Shown here: positions 22,671-30,845 of the stretch, in pieces
How the letters are laid out: every line of letters begins with the position of its first letter
Numbering within the stretch: position 1 is the stretch's first letter
Assembly: GCF_003428155.1 (NCBI RefSeq)
Contig: NZ_QLIR01000011.1
Location: forward strand, 35,396-67,395
Length of the DNA stretch: 32,000 bases
Direction: 5' to 3'
Origin: Fastidiosibacter lacustris
Lineage (GTDB): Bacteria > Pseudomonadota > Gammaproteobacteria > Francisellales > Francisellaceae
Position numbers and translations under genes: made by a program
The notes under the pieces: model-generated
The model's input: only the letters and a program-made list of their open reading frames with translations
The model's database searches: none
Told to the model about the DNA's origin: nothing

Positions 22671-24197
22671 TTAGCTGTCCTCACCACTGTAGCTTAAGTT
22701 AAAAGATTTATTAATAAGTGGAAAATCAGCAACGATATTATTCATAACAGCATGACTTAATGCAGGCCAGTTTTGCCATGAAGGATCGTGGAAATGGCAC
22801 CATGAAACTTTAGTATCATGAAGTTGGACTGCAATACATATAGGGCCTCTCCAACTCTCTACGCACATAATACTGATCTTTTCTGTTGAGGATTGATCTA
22901 TGTCAAGTGCTTGTGTACAGTTATTGAATCCTAATTGCAAAAATTGTTCAATCATATCAATGCTTTGTAAGCATTCACGAAAACGCACATATACGCGTGC
23001 AGCGACATCACCTGTTTCTGCCGTTATAGGTGTAAAATCAATTTCAGAATAAGGATAAAGTGTGCAGGATGCCCTGGCATCGATAGCAATGCCAGATGCC
23101 TTTGCGATTATACCTAAAACACCTAAAGATTGAGCAAGAGTATGCGTTAAAATACCGGTTGTTTTCAAGCGATCTTGAAGTCCATGGTGATCATGATAAA
23201 TCTGCTCTAATTGGAACAACTGCTTTTTTACATCATTAAGGTGGTTGAGTAAATCATGTACTATAGATTTATCCCACATAGTCATATACTGTTGTGGGGA
23301 GATGGCATCCATCATATATCGATGATGTGTTAGCAGTTTATTCTCACGTACAAGTTTTTCTTTTAAGATGGAGAATTGCATTGCTAAGCTGATAAAACCG
23401 GTGTCGTTAATAATAGCACCAATATCACCGATGTGGTTAATCAAGCGTTCGCGTTCAAGTAAAATAGCACGTATACATTTTGTTTTAGCATCTATTTCAA
23501 AGCCAAGCTGCTTCTCACAAGCAAGTGCAAAAGCATAAGCATAAGCTACAGTAGTGTCACCACTTACTCTTCCAAGTAAAGAAGCTGCTTCTGACATGCT
23601 TTTATTGATAAGTAAAGAATGAATGCCTTTATGTGTGTATCCCAATCGATCTTCTAGTTTTAAAATTCGCTCACCAACGATAGAAAAACGAAAGTGTCCA
23701 GGTTCGATAATTCCTGCATGCACAGGACCTACTGGAATTTCATGGACTCCTTCTCCTGAGACTTTGTTAAAAACATAATGTAATTTGGCAAAGCGACTTG
23801 ATTTGCTGTAGGGATTTAAAATTCCCATTTTGAAATGACCATGATTTAGCCATGCACGTTTATCTTTTGCTTTTTTTGTTGGAATTTTGGTTAAATCGTG
23901 GATAGCTCTGTGTAATCTCTCATTTATAGGAAAGGCTTCACTTAAATCAATAAGCATTGGTCGTTTTGGATTTAGTCGAGACACAATGCAGAGCCAGTAG
24001 GCTTGATAATAATACAATACATACCAGTTCGTTTCATTTGAAGAGGAGTCAAAAGCAATCCATTCTGTAAGCAAAAGACCATTTTGAGATTTAATTTCTT
24101 TAGCAAGAGGATATTGTAACCTAATATCAACAGATAAATATTGATAAGCCTTGATGTTATTAAAGTGTAAAAGATCATTCAGCATTGTTTTATTCAT
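22671..24197 (-). CDS. HycE/HyfG-like (NuoC-NuoD fusion) large-subunit homolog lacking the [NiFe] cysteine ligands
   Basis: 508 aa. Degenerate NuoC-like N-terminal part, then the group-4 large-subunit core (HEIPVGPVHAGIIEPGHFRF, LEDRLGYTHKGIH). The ligand motifs read RVSGDTTVAY and FNLSYSGEDS-stop instead of RxCGxCxxxH and DPCxxCxxR. No CxxC anywhere. ATGA overlap with the upstream gene. Confidence 0.85.
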   Translation of the reverse strand: MNKTMLNDLLHFNNIKAYQYLSVDIRLQYPLAKEIKSQNGLLLTEWIAFDSSSNETNWYVLYYYQAYWLCIVSRLNPKRPMLIDLSEAFPINERLHRAIHDLTKIPTKKAKDKRAWLNHGHFKMGILNPYSKSSRFAKLHYVFNKVSGEGVHEIPVGPVHAGIIEPGHFRFSIVGERILKLEDRLGYTHKGIHSLLINKSMSEAASLLGRVSGDTTVAYAYAFALACEKQLGFEIDAKTKCIRAILLERERLINHIGDIGAIINDTGFISLAMQFSILKEKLVRENKLLTHHRYMMDAISPQQYMTMWDKSIVHDLLNHLNDVKKQLFQLEQIYHDHHGLQDRLKTTGILTHTLAQSLGVLGIIAKASGIAIDARASCTLYPYSEIDFTPITAETGDVAARVYVRFRECLQSIDMIEQFLQLGFNNCTQALDIDQSSTEKISIMCVESWRGPICIAVQLHDTKVSWCHFHDPSWQNWPALSHAVMNNIVADFPLINKSFNLSYSGEDS

Positions 24198-25654
24198 GAC
24201 TTTCCACCTATGATGGAATATATAGCAGAATCAAGTAAGAAAATAGGCATATAAAGTCCTGCTATGATAACCAATATCAAATGAGCTCCCACTGTCCAGT
24301 AAATATGTTTTGTATTTTTTAAATGAGTGATGGGAGTGTTTAATTGTCCAAAAAACAATGGCTGAGTTTTTAATAGTATGGCTAAAAATGCGAGTATCAG
24401 TCCTACGACAAGCAAAATCATAAGACCAATATTAGCCTCCATTGCTGCTAGAATCAGTAGTAATTCACTTATAAACAATCCCGATGGTGGTAAACCAAGA
24501 ATAGCCAAAAAAGAGATTAAAAATAAACTTGCGGTTATAGGAGATTTTTCAAATAATGCACGAATTTTTTGTAGTACTTGAGTATGAAATTGCTGAATTA
24601 CTGTACCAGATATTAAGAGCAAAGCAGTTTTAACTAAGGCATGTATCCAGATGTGTAGTATCGCTGTAAGTAATGCAAGCCTGTTGCCAATTCCAATTGC
24701 AATGCTGATAAGTCCCATGTGTTCAATTGAAGAGTATGCTAACAAGCGATTAAGTGTTCGTTGGCGAAATAGTGATAGGGCTGCAAAAAATAAGCTGATA
24801 AAGCCAAAGGTTAAGAAAAGGTAACAAGGAAAATTAATTAAGCCTGCGTTGGCAAATAATAGCTTAAACTTGAGCAAGGCAAATAACGCTAAATTAAGCA
24901 AAGCGCCTGATGATAAGGCATTTACCATTGGGTATCCTTCGGCATAGGCATCTGGCAACCAATTGTGTAATGGGACGAATCCGACTTTAGTACCATAACC
25001 AACAAAAAGAAATACAAAGCTGATGCTTAATAATTTGGCAGGAATTTGAGAGATATTTGTCATTAATTTTGTCCATAGTAAGCCTTCTTCTCCCAGACCA
25101 TGAGTATAAGCACCAAAATATAAAATCACAGTACCAAGTAGTGCAAACCCAATACCTACGCCGCATAAAATCAAATATTTCCATGAAGCTTCTAGCGCTT
25201 GTGGGGTTTGTCTTAATCCGACTAATGCAATACTGGAGATAGTAGCAAGTTCCATGGCAATCCACATCATGCCGATATTATTACTGAGTAATACAATCAG
25301 CATGCCTAGCAAGAACAATTGGTAAGTCGTATGATAAAAGCGATAAACTAAAGGATGTAAATGTGTTTTATTTTCATTATCCAGATAGCTAATGCTATAA
25401 AAACTTGTGCTCATTCCAATAAAGCTGCTAAGTATAATAAAAAGGACATTCAGTTTGTCACACATAAACCAGTCTTTGAAAAAAAATAGTGCTGTATCTT
25501 CAACATATATTACATAGCCTAAAATAATGCTTATGATAAAGCTTAAACTGCATAATATAGCATTTACATGAGTCGCATATTTCCTGTTTTCTATCCAAGG
25601 CAATAGGACTAAAGCAATAACAGAAGGCAAGAGTAATAGCGTAATCAAGTTCAT
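24194..25654 (-). CDS. HyfF/HyfD-like antiporter-type membrane subunit (NuoM/N family)
   Basis: 486 aa with about 14 TM helices. Proton-conducting-transporter family pattern (GFVPLHNWLPDAYAEG, LAYSSIEHMG). ATGA overlaps at both ends. Confidence 0.8.
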   Translation of the reverse strand: MNLITLLLLPSVIALVLLPWIENRKYATHVNAILCSLSFIISIILGYVIYVEDTALFFFKDWFMCDKLNVLFIILSSFIGMSTSFYSISYLDNENKTHLHPLVYRFYHTTYQLFLLGMLIVLLSNNIGMMWIAMELATISSIALVGLRQTPQALEASWKYLILCGVGIGFALLGTVILYFGAYTHGLGEEGLLWTKLMTNISQIPAKLLSISFVFLFVGYGTKVGFVPLHNWLPDAYAEGYPMVNALSSGALLNLALFALLKFKLLFANAGLINFPCYLFLTFGFISLFFAALSLFRQRTLNRLLAYSSIEHMGLISIAIGIGNRLALLTAILHIWIHALVKTALLLISGTVIQQFHTQVLQKIRALFEKSPITASLFLISFLAILGLPPSGLFISELLLILAAMEANIGLMILLVVGLILAFLAILLKTQPLFFGQLNTPITHLKNTKHIYWTVGAHLILVIIAGLYMPIFLLDSAIYSIIGGKS

Positions 25655-26304
25655 ATACGCTCCTTTAGTTTCTCAAATAACTGAACTTGGAAGGAACCAT
25701 GCTCTTGCTGTATTCGGATTAAGAATAGTGTGAAAATCATAAAACCCATAAGGATATCAAAACTCATCCCAAGTTCGATTAGCCAAGGGAATCCTGTGCT
25801 TATCGCTGCGGCTAGAATAAAGATACTGTTTTCTAATACTAATAGACCCATTACTTGAGTGACAGTTTTTCTTCTAAAAGTAATGATTAATACAGCTACA
25901 AATGCATTGGCAAGTCCAAGTGAAAATCCTGAAATGTAGCGATGAAGCATACTGTTGACCAACTGCTGTCCTAAAATTAATGCCAAGAGAATAAGCGCAG
26001 ATGCTAGTAACAGTAGACTAGGCTTATTCAGTATTGGTTCAATACGTCCGGAAAGGTGTAAAAATTGAACTAATTTCCATAGTAAAAATGGTAAAAGAAT
26101 AACTTTGATGCCAATGGTAATAATTAAAGAAATAAATACTTCCATGCTTGGTGCATAGATCGTTTCTGTGAGTATGTAACTACTTAAAAGCACATTCTGA
26201 ATAATTAAAAGTTTGATTACATTCGTAATGTAAGATTGGATTAACATTAAACTACTACATAGTAGCATTGAACTTATCAAAAAAAGCAACCAACTATGAA
26301 TCAT
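25651..26304 (-). CDS. HyfE-like small membrane subunit (NuoK-related)
   Basis: 217 aa (E. coli HyfE is about this size) with about 7 TM helices. It occupies the hyfE slot between the HycD-like and HyfF-like genes. ATGA overlaps at both ends. Confidence 0.7.
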   Translation of the reverse strand: MIHSWLLFLISSMLLCSSLMLIQSYITNVIKLLIIQNVLLSSYILTETIYAPSMEVFISLIITIGIKVILLPFLLWKLVQFLHLSGRIEPILNKPSLLLLASALILLALILGQQLVNSMLHRYISGFSLGLANAFVAVLIITFRRKTVTQVMGLLVLENSIFILAAAISTGFPWLIELGMSFDILMGFMIFTLFLIRIQQEHGSFQVQLFEKLKERI

Positions 26305-27263
26305 GCTGTTGTTCCTATTAATTGTGTTAAAAGAATACCCAGAAAAGCAAGGAAAAGTGCTAAACCAAGGTACTCTGGTATTCTAAATATACGCACCTTA
26401 GTTTGTAGTGTTTCTGTAATTGCAAGTAGTGCCAATAATATAATAAGTTTGACTAAGGTTGTGATGAATCCAACTGTAATGGATAATAACGAAGTTTCTA
26501 CCGCTAAACCAAAAGGAAAAAACAAATTGATAAAGATCAATAAAAATAATTCCAACTTTAACGCATTACTCCATTCTATAGCGGCTAAATATCTCCCTGA
26601 ATATTCTAGTACCATTGCTTCATGTATCATGGTCAACTCTAAATGTGTGCTTGGATTATCAAAAGGAAATCGGGAGTTTTCAGCAAGCAAAATGATAGTA
26701 AATGCGCACAAAGAGAAAGCAAGGCTAGGGTACAGCATACTATGTTGGATCAAGCTAAAACTGATATGACCAAGCGTTAACCCATGTGTTATCAAGCCAA
26801 GGTTCAATAATACAAGCAGCAATATAGGTTCAACCAAGCAGGCAATAAACATCTCTCGTCTTGCGCCTAGTGAGCCAAACGCTGATCCAATATCCATGGC
26901 AGCAAGTATCATGCTTATTCGAGCGAGTGCTAATATACCAACTAAAACAATGACGTCTATGATCGATGTAAACAAGCCACGATAGAATATAAAAGGAGTG
27001 CTAAAAGCAAGTATACTTAAAGCACAAAAGTAGATAAAAGGAGTGTATTTAAATAGCCAGGATGCATTGTAAGGCAATATGGGTTCTTTGATTAAGAGCT
27101 TATAAAATACAAAATAAGGTTGAAACAGGGAAGAAGCGGTGCGATTTTGCAGCCAACATTTAAATACTTGTAGAAAACCTATTAGTAAAGGAGAAATTAC
27201 AATAATGAGTATACCTTGTAAAGCAAGTAGCAAAATTGTGGTTATTTCTGTGGTCATATCCAT
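26301..27263 (-). CDS. HycD/HyfC-like membrane subunit (NuoH family)
   Basis: 320 aa with about 8 TM helices. NuoH/HycD hallmark loop ENSRFPFDNPSTHLELTMIHEAMVLEYSG. A second in-frame ATG at 27257 would create an ATGA overlap with the upstream stop, like all other junctions. Confidence 0.82.
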   Translation of the reverse strand: MDMTTEITTILLLALQGILIIVISPLLIGFLQVFKCWLQNRTASSLFQPYFVFYKLLIKEPILPYNASWLFKYTPFIYFCALSILAFSTPFIFYRGLFTSIIDVIVLVGILALARISMILAAMDIGSAFGSLGARREMFIACLVEPILLLVLLNLGLITHGLTLGHISFSLIQHSMLYPSLAFSLCAFTIILLAENSRFPFDNPSTHLELTMIHEAMVLEYSGRYLAAIEWSNALKLELFLLIFINLFFPFGLAVETSLLSITVGFITTLVKLIILLALLAITETLQTKVRIFRIPEYLGLALFLAFLGILLTQLIGTTA

Positions 27264-29191
27264 AATACCAAGATGAGTAAAACAAGTAGCGTTAAGCCAA
27301 CGTAGGTCAAATAAACAGAAATTTTTCCTTGTTGAATCCAGCGTGTTATAAAAACAATCTTCCAGATAGCTTGTGTTATGGGTTTATAAAAAAAAGGCCA
27401 TATTTTTTCGGAAATATAAACAAAATAGTGAGGTTTATCACCATTGATATTGGATATATTAATTTTTACTTGAATCAATTTAGAGAAAATCTGTTTAAAT
27501 GGTTGGGAAAACCCCTCAGCAGAATCTTGCATACGTGAGTTAATGGAATCAAAGCCACATCCCCAGGTGGCATCTCTACGGAAGTGCTTATGGATCAAGG
27601 GGAAAATAAGTAACAAGCTTAAAATCATGATAAATGCTAACAGTAATGGAGCAAAATAATTACTGTTTGCCAAGGTTGAATGTGGAAATGAAATAGTGAA
27701 ACTACCCTTCCAAACAAGAGTGAATTTATCGGATATTGAGTTAATTACTTTTTGAATCATAGAGATAAATGGTGCAGGGTATAAACCAATTACGATCGTC
27801 CATATTGTAAGCCACAGTAGAGACACTCGCTCTAACAAATTGGCTGGTTTAGCATGTATTAGTTGAGACTCTCTGGGTTGACCTAAAAATGCAATGCCAA
27901 AAAACTTTACAGCGACAAAACCTGCTAAGGCAAATACCAACATACTTGTGGCAGCAATGACAATAGATAGTACAGCAAAGTTGAAATGCTCGAATGTTTG
28001 CTGTTTGAAAAAAAGCTGTAAATAAAGCCATTCGGAAATAAATCCACTGAATAATGGTAAGCCTGCCATTGCTAAGCAACCTGTCAATGCGCAAGCACTC
28101 ACCCATGGCATTTTTTGAATAAGCCCACCTAATTTTCCAATATTGCGTTCACCTGTTGCATGTAAAATTGAACCTGTGCAGAGAAAAAGTAAAGATTTAA
28201 ATAGGCTATGGCTTAAGCTATGCAATAAAACAATCAGCAAAGCGACGTTAGATAGCGTGTATTGTTGATATTGATAAAAAACAATAGCAAAACCTAGATT
28301 TAATACAATAAATCCCAAATTCTCTATGGAAGAATAGGCCAATAGTCGTTTCATATCGCTTTGTAGTGCAGCATGGAGGACGCCAATGAGCATGCTAAGT
28401 AATCCAATTGCAATAAATAAAAAACCCCACCATGATTGTTGCCATGGGAGGAGCCAGTAGAAACTAAAGCGAATGAGTCCATAAATCGCCGTTTTTAACA
28501 TAACACCGCTCATCAATGCAGAAATTGGGCTAGGAGCGGCAGGATGTGCTTCTGGTAACCAAATGTGCAATGGAAAAAGACCTGCCTTTGCACCAAATCC
28601 AATTAACATAAGAGTAAATACTAAATTAGCTAGAGGTAGGGCAAAATCACTGTGGTTTAATAGAAAAAAAGCGCTACTGATGCATAAAAAGCCAATATGT
28701 GCAATGCCTAAATATAAAAAACCTGCTTGTCGGACAACTTTAGCTGTGTTGCCGCATACTACTAGAAAATAAGAACTTAAACTCATTATCTCCCAAGCAA
28801 ATAGAAAGGTAAATGTGTTACTTGCACTCAATACCATAAGCATCCCAAGGACGAAAAAAGGGTAAGCTATATGAATAACTCTTTGATGTTTTAAGCTAAA
28901 GTGTCGGAAATAAGCTTGCCCAAACCCCGAAATAGCAACTGTTGACAGTCCTAACAAAAGCACAAAAAAGCGTGATAATTCATCTAGTTGAAATAAGAAA
29001 GTTAGATTTTCAGGTAGCAATGTAATTTCAAATGTTATGCTTATTAATTTCACGTAAAAAATAGCACTCATTATAATCAGTAAAGCGGCAATGATGGTTG
29101 CGTATCTAAAATGACTAAAAAAGCGACTCGGAAGCACAAATGAAAGGCATCCTAGCACAAGCCAAATGAATAATATTATATGTAATATCAT
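27254..29191 (-). CDS. HyfB/HycC-like antiporter-type membrane subunit (NuoL family)
   Basis: 645 aa. Antiporter-like core (GLFPLHIWLPEAHPAAPSPISALMSG, LAYSSIENLG). It also has the HyfB/HycC-specific C-terminal module containing TWGCGFD....MQDSAEGFSQPF. First gene of the operon. Confidence 0.85.
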   Translation of the reverse strand: MILHIILFIWLVLGCLSFVLPSRFFSHFRYATIIAALLIIMSAIFYVKLISITFEITLLPENLTFLFQLDELSRFFVLLLGLSTVAISGFGQAYFRHFSLKHQRVIHIAYPFFVLGMLMVLSASNTFTFLFAWEIMSLSSYFLVVCGNTAKVVRQAGFLYLGIAHIGFLCISSAFFLLNHSDFALPLANLVFTLMLIGFGAKAGLFPLHIWLPEAHPAAPSPISALMSGVMLKTAIYGLIRFSFYWLLPWQQSWWGFLFIAIGLLSMLIGVLHAALQSDMKRLLAYSSIENLGFIVLNLGFAIVFYQYQQYTLSNVALLIVLLHSLSHSLFKSLLFLCTGSILHATGERNIGKLGGLIQKMPWVSACALTGCLAMAGLPLFSGFISEWLYLQLFFKQQTFEHFNFAVLSIVIAATSMLVFALAGFVAVKFFGIAFLGQPRESQLIHAKPANLLERVSLLWLTIWTIVIGLYPAPFISMIQKVINSISDKFTLVWKGSFTISFPHSTLANSNYFAPLLLAFIMILSLLLIFPLIHKHFRRDATWGCGFDSINSRMQDSAEGFSQPFKQIFSKLIQVKINISNINGDKPHYFVYISEKIWPFFYKPITQAIWKIVFITRWIQQGKISVYLTYVGLTLLVLLILVLWI

Positions 29192-29286
29192 TTATGATAT
29201 GAGAAGACCTTAAACACACCGAGGTATTATAAGGTAAGCAGGTTTATTTGTATATTGAAAGTTAATTGAATTTCCCTAGAGCATTG

Positions 29287-30447
29287 CTAAATATGTACTG
29301 TGGATGATAATGTTTCCGCTTTATCAGTCTTTTCCCAGGTAAAATCAATATCCTCTCGACCAAAGTGACCGTAACTTGCAGTTTTTTGGTAAATTGGACG
29401 CAATAAATCTAATTGATGGGTAATTGCATAAGGGCGAAGATCAAAATGCTTAAGTATAAGTTCTTCTATCACATAATCATCCACCTTACCTGTACCAAAA
29501 GTATTAACCATAATAGAAGTAGGCTGTGCAACGCCAATAGCATATGAAACTTGGATTTCACATTTATCGGCCAAACGACTAGCCACAATATTTTTAGCGA
29601 TATATCGTCCCATATAGGCGGCAGAACGATCGACTTTGGAAGGATCCTTCCCAGAAAAAGCGCCTCCTCCATGGTGTGCTGCGCCTCCATAGCTATCAAC
29701 GATAATTTTACGTCCTGTTAAGCCACAATCACCAACAGGTCCTCCAATCACAAATTTTCCAGTAGGATTAATAAGATATTTGGTTTTAGCTGTAATCCAT
29801 TCTTTAGGTAAAATAGGTAGAATAATTTCTTCAATAACGGCTTCTTTAATAGCACTTTGTCCTATATCTGCTGCATGTTGGGTAGAGATAACAACTGTAT
29901 CTACAGCAATTGGTTTACCATCGATATAACGCAATGTGACTTGGCTCTTAGCATCAGGACGAAGCCAAGAGAGGGTTTTGTTTTTGCGCAAAAATGCTTG
30001 TCGTTGCATAAGCTTGTGCGCGTAATAAATTGCTGCAGGCATTAAAGTTGGTGTTTCGTTAGTAGCAAAGCCAAACATAAGTCCTTGATCACCTGCACCT
30101 TGATCAAGTGGATTTTGGCGATCCACACCTTGTGCGATTTCAGGAGATTGTTTGCCAATAGCATTGATAACCGCACAATCATTACCATCAAAGCCAAGCT
30201 CGTCTTTGTCATAGCCAATACCTACGACAACTTTGCGTACGATATCTTCGATATCAACCCAAGCAGAAGTTGTAATCTCGCCAGCAACTAATACCATTCC
30301 AGTTTTAACAAGCGTTTCACATGCAACACGAGCATGTTTGTCTTGCGCTAAAATAGCATCAAGAATTGCATCTGAAATCTGATCAGCAATTTTGTCTGGA
30401 TGACCTTCAGAGACAGACTCAGAGGTGAATAAAAAATCATTTGCCAT
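29287..30447 (-). CDS. metK: S-adenosylmethionine synthetase
   Basis: 386 aa. Motifs [41 protein letters not shown]. Confidence 0.95.
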   Translation of the reverse strand: MANDFLFTSESVSEGHPDKIADQISDAILDAILAQDKHARVACETLVKTGMVLVAGEITTSAWVDIEDIVRKVVVGIGYDKDELGFDGNDCAVINAIGKQSPEIAQGVDRQNPLDQGAGDQGLMFGFATNETPTLMPAAIYYAHKLMQRQAFLRKNKTLSWLRPDAKSQVTLRYIDGKPIAVDTVVISTQHAADIGQSAIKEAVIEEIILPILPKEWITAKTKYLINPTGKFVIGGPVGDCGLTGRKIIVDSYGGAAHHGGGAFSGKDPSKVDRSAAYMGRYIAKNIVASRLADKCEIQVSYAIGVAQPTSIMVNTFGTGKVDDYVIEELILKHFDLRPYAITHQLDLLRPIYQKTASYGHFGREDIDFTWEKTDKAETLSSTVHI

Positions 30448-30584
30448 ATTTGTATCCCTTTACTTTGTATTTTATAACAAGCTAAAAGGCTTCTATAAAA
30501 GGAGAATGAAAGTATAGAAACGCTTTAGCGGTGTTATTTTTTTGTCGCCCGCAAGTTGTTGTTAAATCAGCGACAGTGCGCAAT

Positions 30585-30613
30585 ATGTTAAGTTGATGTC
30601 AATAAGCTGTCAA
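30585..30613 (-). promoter_or_regulatory. Candidate sigma-70 promoter for metK
   Basis: On the minus strand: TTGACA (30613-30608), a 17-nt spacer, then TAACAT (30590-30585). This would give a leader of about 130 nt before the metK ATG at 30447. Hexamer matches in AT-rich DNA are weak evidence. Confidence 0.25.
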
Positions 30614-30707
30614 ATGTTTTTCTTCTCATTTGCCAAATATGGGTTGTTAATCTGTAATCTGCAGCGTTTGACTAAGTATTTCTGTAATCGTTTTATAAGC
30701 TGCCGAA

Positions 30708-30767
30708 ATTGATTGCCTCTTGTAGCACACGTAAAAAGTGCTTATCAAAATCACAAGGGCAATCAGT
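30708..30767. repeat. Imperfect inverted repeat / long stem-loop; possible terminator of the LRR gene or a protein-binding site
   Basis: TGATTGCC(T)CTTGT at 30710-30723 pairs with ACAAGGGCAATCA at 30753-30765 (13 bp plus one bulged T, extendable by 2 bp). A nested 5-bp stem pairs AGCAC with GTGCT (30724-30742). On the minus-strand RNA the stem is followed by AAUUUCGG. Confidence 0.55.
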
Positions 30768-30814
30768 AGCATGACTAAATATTTAGAACCAGTCCCTAGT
30801 CAATGAGAAGGCAC

Positions 30815-30830
30815 CCCTTTTTAGAAAGGG
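30815..30830 (-). terminator. Weak candidate intrinsic terminator 16 nt after the LRR gene stop
   Basis: CCCTTT-ttag-AAAGGG, a 6-bp stem with a 4-nt loop. The downstream minus-strand sequence (GUGCCUUCUCAUU) is only moderately U-rich. Confidence 0.2.
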
Positions 30831-30845
30831 ATGTAAATGCCTAGA

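Noticed and set aside
26296-26769. 157-aa plus-strand ORF
   Set aside because: It lies entirely antisense inside the NuoH-like gene. It is Lys/Asn/Ser-rich and low-complexity, as expected from reading AT-rich membrane-protein codons backwards. It has no Shine-Dalgarno and no recognisable motif.
22147-29191. Calling the operon a functional hydrogenase-4 / formate hydrogenlyase, as automatic annotation would probably do
   Set aside because: The large subunit has no cysteines at any of the four Ni-Fe ligand positions and no CxxC at all. It has no C-terminal processing extension. No HycF/HyfH, HyfA/HycB, FdhF, HycI or Hyp genes are adjacent.
22147-29191. A partial respiratory complex I (nuo) operon
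   Set aside because: The gene order is hyf-like (B-C-E-F-G-I), not nuoA-N. The first subunit carries the HyfB/HycC-specific C-terminal module. The small subunit has the hydrogenase-type GSCNxCE motif rather than the NuoB CC motif. NuoA, E, F, G, I and J equivalents are absent.
30596-30712. 38-codon plus-strand ORF (MSISCQMFFFSFAKYGLLICNLQRLTKYFCNRFISCRN) as a small hydrophobic or toxin-like peptide
   Set aside because: It has no Shine-Dalgarno and overlaps the best metK promoter candidate on the other strand. An ORF of this length is expected by chance in a 400-bp spacer. It could only be revived by ribosome-profiling or conservation evidence.
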